Shown: one piece after another, positions 32,701 to 42,639 of the stretch
Position numbering within the stretch: position 1 is the first letter of the stretch
Layout of the letters: each line of letters starts with the position of its first letter
Notes under the pieces: generated by a model
Databases searched by the model: none
What the model was told of the DNA's origin: nothing
What the model saw: only the letters and a program-made list of their open reading frames with translations
Origin: a virus
Virus record (IMG/VR): IMGVR_UViG_3300021093_000007
DNA: 64,000 nucleotides
Direction: 5' to 3' (one strand)
Translations under genes and position numbers: made by a program

Positions 32701-35700
32701 GATGTTGGTTCAGGGCAGCATTCTATAAAGTATCAACCAATTAATATAAAAATTGAATCTCCAATTGGAGTTACTACTTTTGCTGGTCAAGATTTTAATG
32801 CCAGAATCAGACCAATTTTTACTGGAGCGATACAATCAATCTCCATGAAAAATATTGGTGACAATTATGGCGACCCAAATGTTGTAAACTATAATCGTCA
32901 ACCAAATATAACACTATTAAATGGTGAAAATGGACAAATTAGTGTAATTGTATCATCACAAGGCAAAATAATTGGTGCGATTGTAAATAACCCAGGTTCA
33001 AATTATAATTCACCACCTTTGCTAGAAGTTATTGGTTCTGGATTTGGTGCTATTTTGGTTCCAGTAATATTAAATGGAGCAATTGTTGACGTAAAAATTA
33101 TTGAAAGTGGATTTGGATACAATCAAGTAAATACTATTATTAAAGTAATACCTACAGGAAATGGTGCTAGATTTGAAGCTAAAGTTAAATCTTGGACTAT
33201 TAACATAGTTGAAAGATTATTCCAGTCAGATCAGGTAAATAATGATGATGGAATAGTAAGCAATCCTCTTGCATCAGAGAAAGGATTGCAATTTGTTCAT
33301 GCTTACGCTGCTAGAGAACTTAGAAGAAAACTTCTATCAACATCATTAGATATTTTGGGTAATAAAGTCTATAGAGCAGACATAGACAATGAAAGTAATG
33401 TCACAAAATATCATTCTCCTATTATCGGATGGGCTTACGATGGTAACCCAATTTATGGACCTTATGGTTATGCCGACAAGGAAGGTGGTGCAGTTGTAAG
33501 ACTTCGTAGTGGATATGAACTAAAGTTAAAAGGATATAGACCATCTACAGCGTCTTTCCCTCCTGGATATTTTGTTCAAGATTATGAATTTACAAATAAT
33601 GGTGATTTAGACATACACAATGGAAGATATTGCAAAACTCCAGAATTTCCAAATGGAACTTATGCATATTTTGCAACTGTAAATACATTAAAAGATGCGT
33701 CTGGACCATTTAATGGATATTTAAAACCAATATTTCCATACATTGTTGGAGATACGTTTAAATCTAAACCGATTGAATATAATTTTGATCAATATTCAAA
33801 CTTATCCTTTGTCAATTTAAATAAAACTGGTTGGATTAGATTTACAAGTCCATTAGGATTACTTTTAAATAAAACAAAATATCAAGGGTTCATTCAACCA
33901 GATACTTTTAGTAAAGGATTTACTGAAGTTAATAGTATTAGTCCTGGTGAACTAACAGAACTCCAAATAATTTCTCCTGGAGATAATTATTCAATACAGG
34001 ATAATATATTCTTTAACAGTCAAGGAACAGGAGGTTCTGGAGCATACGCTAGAATTTCAGAAATTAAAGGTAGAGATGTAGATTCTATCTCATATAGCTT
34101 TAGTAAATTAGTTGATGTGGAGTTTACTCCTTTTGGGTCTAGTGGAAGGTATGTAGGATTTGCTAGCACTTCCCACTCTTTAATAAATGGTGACATTGTA
34201 TCTGTTCAAAATTTAAATATTTTATCTACAGAATTTGCATCAATTTATACAGTTGGCATATCTACAAATACTCTTACATTATCATCAAGCATAGGTAATG
34301 ATGGACAAACTGGAATAGTCACATATTTAAATGTTTCTGGTAATCTAAATTTTCCTATTTTATCTGTAAATGATGTTTATAAAATTGAATCGGAAAAATT
34401 CAAGATTATAAACGTATATCCACAAGATTCTAGAATTAAAGTTTATAGATCATTTAGTGGATCCGTATCAGCTGCACATACTTCAGGTGATGATATAGTA
34501 GAACTGAGTAGAAAATTTACTTTTAATAGTGGTTTTAGTACATCAACAGAATATCGTTTAAACAGTGAATATTACTTTGATCCTAGGGAATCTGCAATAA
34601 TTCCATCTGAAAATCTAATACTATATTCAACTCCAGTTCCACCATCTCTTGTCCCATCTGCTTGGGATTATTATACTTCAGGAATAGGAACTGGAACTGT
34701 AGAATATTTTAGTGCTGTTTCTCCAGATGGTTCAACTAATGCTGCAAAAGTTTCTTTTGCTTCAACCACTGGAGCATCTGATGCATTTGGATTAAAATTT
34801 GAACCTGTTTCATTATCATCAGATTTTAATACATTTTCAGTATTTTTAAGAGGACACACTGGAAATGAGCAGATTTATTTTATTTTAGATGATGGATCTT
34901 TATATTATTCACAACTAGTAACACTAAGTTCAGATTGGAAAAGATATAGTCTTACCGCTCAAACTGGTGCTGGAACTCATAGAATAAGAATTGGAACATT
35001 TGGTACACAAGGTCTTACTTTAAATTCATCACCAACAGTGTATGTATGGGGTGCTCAAGTTGAACTTGGAAAACTAACTAGTAGTTATTATGAAACTTCG
35101 GGAAGTGCATTAACAAGAGCATCTAAAAAGTCTGGATTATTGTTCTTTAGTAATCCTGGAGTAACTCAGAAAAAAGGAATACAAACAATTGTAAATACAT
35201 TTTATTTACCAAATCATGGTTTCAAAACTGGTGATAAAGTAAAATATAACGTTGGGCATGGATATACTGGTGTTCGCGTTTCTTATGCGGCAACAACAAC
35301 ACCACTTTTAGATTCTCAGGACTTATATGTTGCAACATATGATAATGATTTTATTGGTGTTTCCACTCAAAGAATAGGAATTGGTAGTACTGGTGGATTT
35401 GTTGGAATTGGTTCTGATGTTCTAGAATTGTTTAGGATTGCAGACTATGGAACTGGAGAGGTTCATAGTATTAAGACTAATTTACCATTAACTATTCGTG
35501 GAGACGTTTATAAGAAAACCGCCACTGTTATAACAAATAGAGAGCATGGTCTTACAAGTGGAGACGAAGTTAACATTAAGGTTACTTCTGGTATTACTAC
35601 AACTTTTGTTATTTCTTATGATGACATTAACAGAAGGATGTTAGTAAATCCAAGAGTATTTGTTGATGTTGCTATTAATTTATCTAGAAATACTATTACA

Positions 35701-38700
35701 TTACCAAATCATGGATTTGTAACTGGACAAAAAGTAATTTATAATTCGGCAACACCGTCTTCTGGGTTAATAAATTCAAAAATATATTATGTTATTGTCT
35801 CTGATGACAACACAGTTCTTTTATCTCACTATTATTACGACAAAATTTCATCAAATACTGCAATTGAAATAGTAAATATTGGAACCCAAGCAGCAGGTTC
35901 TATCACACCAGTTAATCCAGAAATATTTGCAACAAAAAATTCAACAATTATTTTTGATTTATCAAGCACTACACTAGCTTCTGGTTCTTTACCCTCATTT
36001 GACTTTAACATTTATTTTGATCCTCTCTTCCAAAAAGAATTTTATACGTCTCCACAAAATACAGGTGCATTTAATTTTAGAAAGAGTGGAACAATCGGAG
36101 AATCAAATGGAAAGGCTGAGTTAATTATAGATGATTTCATTCCAACATCACTATATTATAACTTGACTCCAATCAAATATGCTGGTGCAACAGCAGCAAA
36201 ATTAGAAATTATAAGTGATTCTCTTAACGTTAAAAATCCTAACAAATTATCTGTTGTCGATAGTAAGTTTAATAGAATTACTACAGTTTCTGGTATTACT
36301 TCTAATACTTTTAAATATTCATTAGAACTTACACCAGAAAGATTTAGTTATAATAATTTACAAGCACAAACAACATATTCTACAGCATCTCGCACTGCAA
36401 TAGGACCTGTTGCTAAAATTAGTATTGATTCTGGAGGTAGAAATTATGTAAGACTACCAAATGTGACCCAAATTGTAAGTGGACTTGGAACTGCAGCTCT
36501 ATTTTTACCAAGAAGTAAAACTATTGGTAAAGTTAATGGTGTTGTTTTAACTGACATTGGATTTGATTACCCATCAGATAAAACATTAAGACCTCTTGCA
36601 AATTTTCCATACACATATAAAATTGAACCACTATCAAAATTTAAAAGAATTCAAATAGTTACTCCTGGGGTAAACTATTTTGTTGCTCCACAACTTGCAG
36701 TTGTTGATGGATTTACAGGAAGAGTAAATACTGAAGTTTCTCTTGAATATGAAATTGGAGATACTGAGGTAACAATTATAAGAAATACAACAGGTTTGTA
36801 TAACGTAACACCAAAAATATTACCAATTAATAATCCAAATGGAATAAGAATTGAAAATATTGTATTTGATCCAGGAACTTTAAATGTCACAGTTTCTTTT
36901 GCTGTAACATTTGCATCATCACAAGATTATCCATTCATTGTTGGTGAAAAAATAATTGTAGAAAATACAAATATTGATGCCAATTTTGGTGGTAGAGGAT
37001 ATAATTCTGCTGCTTATGATTACAGGTTGTTTAGAATTACAGCAGCAAATCCAGACATTGGTGGCGATAATCCAACTTTAACGTTTAATTTAACTGGATT
37101 TTTAAACCCTGGAGAAGAACCAGGTATTTTTGATAGTTTTGAATCTTTTGGTACAGCGACTCCAGAGGCATATTTTCCAGAATTTGATGTTGATTTGGAA
37201 AAAGATAGTTTTAGAAATGGGGAAATAATCGTAGCCCAAGATGGAAATGTTGGTGTCGTTCAATCTTATGACCGAAGAAATGAATTTTTAAAAATAAGAT
37301 CTAAAAAAATATTTAAGGTAGATGACCTTGTGATTGGAGCATCTTCTCAAAACAAAGGTCTTATATCGTCTGTTGATGGTATTACTGCAAAATACTTAAT
37401 TGAATCCAATAGTATTACTAAAAAAGGTTGGTTAAGAGAGACAGGAAAACTCAATCAATCTTTCCAAAGAATACATGATAATGATTATTATCAATATTTT
37501 TCATATTCTGTTAGGTCTCCAATTGAATATCAAGTTTGGAATCCGTTAGTAAGTAATTTAATACATACTGCAGGATTTAAGAAATTTAGTGAATTAACAA
37601 TTGATTCATATGATCCAAATGTTGCTGGAATGTCCACAGCACAAAATTTAAATGCACTAATAGCTATTTCCGATCTAACAGAAGTTGTTGACTTAAATTC
37701 TGTAAAAGATTTTGATATTGCTAGAGAAAAAAGTATTCAAGTAGAAAATACTTTAATATCAAATGAAATTTTATTTAATTTACCATTTTTAGCACAATAT
37801 CAAGAATTTATAGGAAATAGAGTTTTAACAATTGATGATTTTAGCGATGAATTTAATGGAGTTAACAGGGGATTTGGATTAAAATCTGGAGGTTTTCCAA
37901 TATTTGAGGTTTCTTTTAATGGAAGTGATTCTACTAAACTTGAATTTGGTGATGGGACAATAAATCTTGGAAATCACTTTTTTGTTAGTGGAGAAGAAGT
38001 TGAATACATTCCACCAAATAATGATTTTGCAAACGCTATTAAAATTGCGCCATCAGATTTTGGTTCTGGAATTGGAGTAACAAATCTTTTACCTTCTAAG
38101 TTTATTATAATTAAGCAAGACAATCAAAAAGTAAGAGTTGCAACTTCAGCAACAAATGCGCTATTGTTTAACCCTATTGGAGTTGCAATTACAGCAGTTG
38201 GAATTGGTAGCACCCATTTATTCAAATCAATATCTCCAAATAATAGACTTTTAATTACAATTAACGGCACTATTCAATCACCATTAGTTGGAACTGCATA
38301 TACAATAGCAACTACTTCTAGTGTTGGGATAGGAACAACTAACATTGACGTTGTTGGAGTTACATCTATTTTTAGTGGTGATTTGATTCAAATTGACGAT
38401 GAAATCATGTTAGTTTCTGCCGTCAATTCAACCACTAATGTATTGAATGTTAAAAGAGCATGGATGGGATCTACAGAAGATACCCATGCAAGTAATGCTG
38501 TAATTACTAAATTTGTCGGAAATTATAATGTTTTAGATAATAGACTACATTTTTCTGAACCAATGTGGGGTAATTTACCAATTGGATTTGGAACTACCGC
38601 AACATCTGCTGGAGATATTGACTATACTGGATTAACAACTAGTTCTAGATTTAGTGGAAGAGTATTTTTAAGATCAGCATTAAATCAATCAATTACAACT

Positions 38701-41700
38701 AGTTTTATAAAAGCCTATGATAATAATTATGTTTTTGATGATATATCAAATCAATTCAATGGTATTACAACAACCTTTACATTAAAATATCAAGGTAACG
38801 ATATTGATAATATTACATCTAGTAATACTCTAATCTTAATAAATGATATCTTCCAAGGACCTCAAAGATTAGGAAATGTCCTTACAAACATTCCTGGGGA
38901 CTATAAACTTATTGCTGGTGGAGGACAATTACAAGTAGGATTTAGTGGTCCAGTCGCGGATCCAACATTAACAAATGATATTAATGTAAACAGCACTCCT
39001 AGAGGTGGAATTATCGTCAGTGTTGGATCCACAGAGGGATTTGGATATCAACCATTAGTTGCTGCTGGTGGAACCGCGTTGGTATCTACAGCAGGAACAA
39101 TATCTCAAATATCTATAGGTAATTCTGGTTCTGGTTACAGATCAGGATTACAAACAGTAAGAGTTGGGATTCAAACCTTTAGTTATGGATCTGCAGATAT
39201 AACTTACATTGGAATTGCTTCAGTCTTAAATGGGCATGTAATTGGTGTTGCAATAACTAATCCAAAAGTATTTTATGCTCCAAGAGAAGTTGCCAACATT
39301 GGTTATAGTTCTATTACTGGTGTTACTACAGTAACAACTTCAACTCCACACGGATTGCGGTTAGGTGAAGAAGTATCAGTAGTTGGAGCAGCATTCACAT
39401 GTGATTACTATCCTCCAATTGGAGTAAGCACGGCAGTATATAATAATACAACTGGTATAATGACAGTTACTACTGTTGGCATAACAACTCTAAATGTTGC
39501 TAACTTTACATACGATAACACAACTGGATTATCTACTATTGTTACTACACAACCCCATAAATTAATAACACAAACGGCAATTGGTAGAAGTTTTAGTCTT
39601 TCTGGATTAGCATTAACATGCGTTGGTTACGGGCAAACTTTTGCAGTTTATAATTTTATTTACGATGAAACAACTGGATTATCCACAGTGTTTACTGTTG
39701 GAAATCATGGGTTAAGTTCAGGTGATAATTTTAAAATGAGAGAACTAGAGTTCTCTTGTACAGGTCCTTCAGGAGTAACTACAACAATATTCCCAGATGG
39801 AACTCAGGGTTATTTCTTTACTGTTAATACTGGTACAGAAGTTGGAGCAACAACATCTTTTACTGTTAATGTTGGTCCATCTACCATACCACATACTTAT
39901 GTTTCTGGTGGTGTAATTCAAGTTGGTATTAATACCGACATATTCCCTGGTGACTCAATAGTATCACCTTTAGGAAATACATTTAAAGTTCTTTCTGCAC
40001 CAGATTCTTATACACTCACATTTAATTCTGGAATATCTACAATTCCACATTCATATGTAAGTGGTGGAACTTTAACTCTTGGACATAAGTTAAAAGTTGG
40101 AACTGACGTAATTCTAACGGGATTGGGATTCACAAGTGCTCTTGGGATAGTCACACACCCAAATACAAATACTACAGATTATTGTGGAACTCAAGTAACT
40201 AGAATTAATAATATAAGTGAATTTGAACTTAATGTTGGAATTGGATCTACCACATTAGATTATGTGTCTGGAGGAACTGTTGAAGAAATTATCATTGCTC
40301 CTAGACAAATTAACAATTCTCCTACGGGACAAGACCCAGCAGCAAATGGAACGGGAATAGTTAAAATAGTTGATGATTATACATTTATCATTAATTCTGG
40401 AACATCACCATATACTCATTTTTATAAAAAATGTGGAAAGGTTACCAAACCTATTGACGTTGTATTTGACAGTCCTTTAAATTATTATAATATTCCACTA
40501 ATTTATAAACAGGGTGTAGTTGGATTTGGAACTGGTGCCACTGTTGATTTGGTTCCAAGTCAAGATAGCACAATTTTAAACTTTGAATTAAATAATTTTG
40601 GTTATGGGTATGGTTCTGGTGAAACATTAACTGTTGCTATTGGAGGAACAACAGGAATTCCAACTACTGGAATTTCAACATTCAATCATTTTGAACTTAC
40701 AATTGATAGAACTTATCAAAGTAAATTCTCTGGATGGAATGTTGGTGAATTTATTGTACTTGATGACATTTCAGACTTTTTTAACGGAAGAAGAAGATTA
40801 TTCCCATTAACTGTAAATGGGGAAAGTATATCATTCTTTGCTAGAGCAAACTCTGGAATTAATTTACAATCAAATTTACTTGTGTTCATAAATGATACTT
40901 TACAAACTCCAGGAGAAGGATACCAATTTAATGGAGGAAGTACATTAAGATTTACGGAAGCACCAAAAGGATTGGTATCTGGTTTTAGTACAACTGGTGA
41001 TACAGCTAAACTTTTAATGTATACTGGAACTCAAAACATTGACGTTAAAACCGTTGATGTTTTACCTAGTGTTAAAGTTGGTGATGATGTTCAACTGTAT
41101 AGTGATATTGATGAAACATTTACAGAAGAAAGAAGACTTGTAATGGATATTATATCTGCAGATAAAATCATTACTAATAACTATGGTGGTCAAGGTGTTA
41201 CTCTTAATGAACTGTTCTCCAGACCAATTAGTTGGTTTAAACAAACTGTAGATAAAATTATAGACAATGAATTTGTTGGTAAAGATAGAGTATATTATGA
41301 ACCAGCAATTAGTCCAAACACAAATATTATTGAATCTATTGGAATTGGATCCACTTATGTTTTTGTCTATAGTATTAGACCATTATTTGATGATTCTTAT
41401 GAAGGTATACCTCTTGAGGAAAGGTCTATTGTTCAAATACTTAGCCAGGATAATTTAGAGTCTGCAACTGCAAGAGCAACTCTAGGATCTGGTGGATCAG
41501 TAACTAGTGTACTAATAACAAACCCTGGGTATGGATATACAATTGCACCTCAAGTAACAATACAAAAACCATATGGATTTGGGACTAATGCTACAGCAAC
41601 TGCTACAATTGGTACTGGAGGATCTATTACTTCAATATCAGTTGGAACTGGTGGAACAAATTATTTTTATGGTCCACTAGATTCAATTACAATAACGCAA

Positions 41701-42606
41701 CAAGGTAGTGGATTCCCACCATTGAGTCCTGGTAATAACACTTTCTACAAGGCTAGGTTAAAATCAGAAACTGGAATTGGTAGAGGAGCAACTGCTGATA
41801 TACAAATCAGCATCTTAAACTTTAACATATCTTCTGTCAACGTTATTGACAACGGTGCAAACTATGCTGTTGGAGATATTGTTTATGTTGATACCTTTGA
41901 CAATGTTGGATTGGCAACGACTTCTAGAAAATGGGCATTAAAATCACCAATGAAGTTTACAGTTGCCTCCATTTTACCGCCTGAAGTTTTAATCGCACCT
42001 CCAGCAAGAAAGGTTGAAGATGTAATTAGAGTATCTTATGAAGGAGATTATGGAATTGTAGTTGGCGTTGCAACAACATCTTGCTCTGGCGTTACTACAT
42101 GCTTAAGTCTAGAATTTGATTTATTCATACCATTAGATTCTAGAATAAGAACAAGTTTGAATATATCTCAAACTGGAATTACAACAGGATACTTATTCAA
42201 TGTTGTTGGATCTAATTTTGGAGTTGCACCTCAAGCATCACTACGAAGTGATGGTTCTATTTTAGGTATATCATCTCAATTTGCAGATATGACATTTGAA
42301 TGCACAGATTGGTATACAAAATCTGCAATTATACCACCTGGAATTAGCGGATTAGCATCAACTGTTGGAATTGCGACTACGGTTACAACTGTAGTTGTAA
42401 AAGTTCTCAATAGTCCTTTAAGTGGTATTGTTGGTTTTGCTACAACAGCATTTTATGGACATTACACTTGGGGTAAGATTAACATGCCTGTTAGAATTGG
42501 ACCTGGAACTTTCTCGGCACAGCATGATACAAGACAATCAGGAATATCAACAAATCCAATAATAAAAAGAAAGAACCCATTAAAATATTTGGGTTACATT
42601 AGCTGA
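29734..42606 (+). CDS. g7: Giant baseplate wedge initiator (gp7-like), 4290 aa
   Basis: Between g6 and g8; QLPTFVRDGYPEFVEFLKEYY, KDFYSSKG, HSPIIGWAYDGNPIYGPYG, DNDYYQYFSYSV..HTAGFKKF. Confidence 0.85.
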   Translation: MKNRVNIKNLVSDQLPTFVRDGYPEFVEFLKEYYDSLEFPGGPVDILNNIDQYTQLNNITELTYYTNLTEDTGYTTNTIKVESTDGFPPNNGLLQINDEIILYESKTIDTFINCKRGFSGITTYRTANSDALEFEKTLRSPHTSNQIVYNLHALFLVELYKKFKYQYTPGFEDVQFYEDLNEKVLVSKLKDFYSSKGANSSFDILFKSIWGSPVQIIKPRDFLIQPSDADFRITRDLVIKRLSGNPEDLINRTLYQDETNTILKAVGSITNVEKIFKDGEEYFRLSLDYNPELETFNFTVHPKTKITNPVGLGQTYLDVDSTLSFTDSGTLVVFDNTVEYKFTYNGKSSTQFFGVSSPVAIDLNTDITTPDYAYALTSSNEQIKVKITGVLGDLEFDRDSSYYYEIDDQVEIVSLGADSEDQVRTTWINNVTPEYEIEQITQVALKLNGAAQYRIRTFDPNIFTLGDIGTIKGSDGNQYNIFVIAVSNKYEFDVNLTTRIDTTNVKYSIRKGISKTNSNNQPEINIISADIQNVYTDDEDTYVVCSSLPNYYNTPIIVEDLSVIFTGQYDGFDLNIGSNSFISGEAVYYSRNNNIGLNIAEGPYFVYKVNSSTIRLATSRSNIRSGQFVYVFGTVFNNKLSLLKYNDRRLQAQDLIRKFSPSVDDDIVENRITKPGTLGLFLNGVELLNYKSSDTIYSGPIEEIVVSSNGDSNYDVIDPPIMLISDNVGAGNTIFGSGAEGICNVTGSLSRINILDKGFDYTDEPKITISGGNGTGAEAKANLSRIIHSVSFNAGSLYDQVNLTNNSIGFTTYHKFRNFEKIIYNSQNQTKIGNLVDDAIYFVNIIDPVRIKLHNTLDDAISGINTVTFGSYGEGLQKLTSTDRKKVISSIEVINPGKGYSNKTLFFNGDSINLFDNTITILNHGYSEKETILFDTDGILPVGLSTNSEYFINVINKNTFRVASVNPVGVGSTISNDYNYVNKRFIDFSDVGSGQHSIKYQPINIKIESPIGVTTFAGQDFNARIRPIFTGAIQSISMKNIGDNYGDPNVVNYNRQPNITLLNGENGQISVIVSSQGKIIGAIVNNPGSNYNSPPLLEVIGSGFGAILVPVILNGAIVDVKIIESGFGYNQVNTIIKVIPTGNGARFEAKVKSWTINIVERLFQSDQVNNDDGIVSNPLASEKGLQFVHAYAARELRRKLLSTSLDILGNKVYRADIDNESNVTKYHSPIIGWAYDGNPIYGPYGYADKEGGAVVRLRSGYELKLKGYRPSTASFPPGYFVQDYEFTNNGDLDIHNGRYCKTPEFPNGTYAYFATVNTLKDASGPFNGYLKPIFPYIVGDTFKSKPIEYNFDQYSNLSFVNLNKTGWIRFTSPLGLLLNKTKYQGFIQPDTFSKGFTEVNSISPGELTELQIISPGDNYSIQDNIFFNSQGTGGSGAYARISEIKGRDVDSISYSFSKLVDVEFTPFGSSGRYVGFASTSHSLINGDIVSVQNLNILSTEFASIYTVGISTNTLTLSSSIGNDGQTGIVTYLNVSGNLNFPILSVNDVYKIESEKFKIINVYPQDSRIKVYRSFSGSVSAAHTSGDDIVELSRKFTFNSGFSTSTEYRLNSEYYFDPRESAIIPSENLILYSTPVPPSLVPSAWDYYTSGIGTGTVEYFSAVSPDGSTNAAKVSFASTTGASDAFGLKFEPVSLSSDFNTFSVFLRGHTGNEQIYFILDDGSLYYSQLVTLSSDWKRYSLTAQTGAGTHRIRIGTFGTQGLTLNSSPTVYVWGAQVELGKLTSSYYETSGSALTRASKKSGLLFFSNPGVTQKKGIQTIVNTFYLPNHGFKTGDKVKYNVGHGYTGVRVSYAATTTPLLDSQDLYVATYDNDFIGVSTQRIGIGSTGGFVGIGSDVLELFRIADYGTGEVHSIKTNLPLTIRGDVYKKTATVITNREHGLTSGDEVNIKVTSGITTTFVISYDDINRRMLVNPRVFVDVAINLSRNTITLPNHGFVTGQKVIYNSATPSSGLINSKIYYVIVSDDNTVLLSHYYYDKISSNTAIEIVNIGTQAAGSITPVNPEIFATKNSTIIFDLSSTTLASGSLPSFDFNIYFDPLFQKEFYTSPQNTGAFNFRKSGTIGESNGKAELIIDDFIPTSLYYNLTPIKYAGATAAKLEIISDSLNVKNPNKLSVVDSKFNRITTVSGITSNTFKYSLELTPERFSYNNLQAQTTYSTASRTAIGPVAKISIDSGGRNYVRLPNVTQIVSGLGTAALFLPRSKTIGKVNGVVLTDIGFDYPSDKTLRPLANFPYTYKIEPLSKFKRIQIVTPGVNYFVAPQLAVVDGFTGRVNTEVSLEYEIGDTEVTIIRNTTGLYNVTPKILPINNPNGIRIENIVFDPGTLNVTVSFAVTFASSQDYPFIVGEKIIVENTNIDANFGGRGYNSAAYDYRLFRITAANPDIGGDNPTLTFNLTGFLNPGEEPGIFDSFESFGTATPEAYFPEFDVDLEKDSFRNGEIIVAQDGNVGVVQSYDRRNEFLKIRSKKIFKVDDLVIGASSQNKGLISSVDGITAKYLIESNSITKKGWLRETGKLNQSFQRIHDNDYYQYFSYSVRSPIEYQVWNPLVSNLIHTAGFKKFSELTIDSYDPNVAGMSTAQNLNALIAISDLTEVVDLNSVKDFDIAREKSIQVENTLISNEILFNLPFLAQYQEFIGNRVLTIDDFSDEFNGVNRGFGLKSGGFPIFEVSFNGSDSTKLEFGDGTINLGNHFFVSGEEVEYIPPNNDFANAIKIAPSDFGSGIGVTNLLPSKFIIIKQDNQKVRVATSATNALLFNPIGVAITAVGIGSTHLFKSISPNNRLLITINGTIQSPLVGTAYTIATTSSVGIGTTNIDVVGVTSIFSGDLIQIDDEIMLVSAVNSTTNVLNVKRAWMGSTEDTHASNAVITKFVGNYNVLDNRLHFSEPMWGNLPIGFGTTATSAGDIDYTGLTTSSRFSGRVFLRSALNQSITTSFIKAYDNNYVFDDISNQFNGITTTFTLKYQGNDIDNITSSNTLILINDIFQGPQRLGNVLTNIPGDYKLIAGGGQLQVGFSGPVADPTLTNDINVNSTPRGGIIVSVGSTEGFGYQPLVAAGGTALVSTAGTISQISIGNSGSGYRSGLQTVRVGIQTFSYGSADITYIGIASVLNGHVIGVAITNPKVFYAPREVANIGYSSITGVTTVTTSTPHGLRLGEEVSVVGAAFTCDYYPPIGVSTAVYNNTTGIMTVTTVGITTLNVANFTYDNTTGLSTIVTTQPHKLITQTAIGRSFSLSGLALTCVGYGQTFAVYNFIYDETTGLSTVFTVGNHGLSSGDNFKMRELEFSCTGPSGVTTTIFPDGTQGYFFTVNTGTEVGATTSFTVNVGPSTIPHTYVSGGVIQVGINTDIFPGDSIVSPLGNTFKVLSAPDSYTLTFNSGISTIPHSYVSGGTLTLGHKLKVGTDVILTGLGFTSALGIVTHPNTNTTDYCGTQVTRINNISEFELNVGIGSTTLDYVSGGTVEEIIIAPRQINNSPTGQDPAANGTGIVKIVDDYTFIINSGTSPYTHFYKKCGKVTKPIDVVFDSPLNYYNIPLIYKQGVVGFGTGATVDLVPSQDSTILNFELNNFGYGYGSGETLTVAIGGTTGIPTTGISTFNHFELTIDRTYQSKFSGWNVGEFIVLDDISDFFNGRRRLFPLTVNGESISFFARANSGINLQSNLLVFINDTLQTPGEGYQFNGGSTLRFTEAPKGLVSGFSTTGDTAKLLMYTGTQNIDVKTVDVLPSVKVGDDVQLYSDIDETFTEERRLVMDIISADKIITNNYGGQGVTLNELFSRPISWFKQTVDKIIDNEFVGKDRVYYEPAISPNTNIIESIGIGSTYVFVYSIRPLFDDSYEGIPLEERSIVQILSQDNLESATARATLGSGGSVTSVLITNPGYGYTIAPQVTIQKPYGFGTNATATATIGTGGSITSISVGTGGTNYFYGPLDSITITQQGSGFPPLSPGNNTFYKARLKSETGIGRGATADIQISILNFNISSVNVIDNGANYAVGDIVYVDTFDNVGLATTSRKWALKSPMKFTVASILPPEVLIAPPARKVEDVIRVSYEGDYGIVVGVATTSCSGVTTCLSLEFDLFIPLDSRIRTSLNISQTGITTGYLFNVVGSNFGVAPQASLRSDGSILGISSQFADMTFECTDWYTKSAIIPPGISGLASTVGIATTVTTVVVKVLNSPLSGIVGFATTAFYGHYTWGKINMPVRIGPGTFSAQHDTRQSGISTNPIIKRKNPLKYLGYIS

Positions 42607-42639
42607 TAAATAAAAGATATAGAAGTCTAAATTCAAAAA

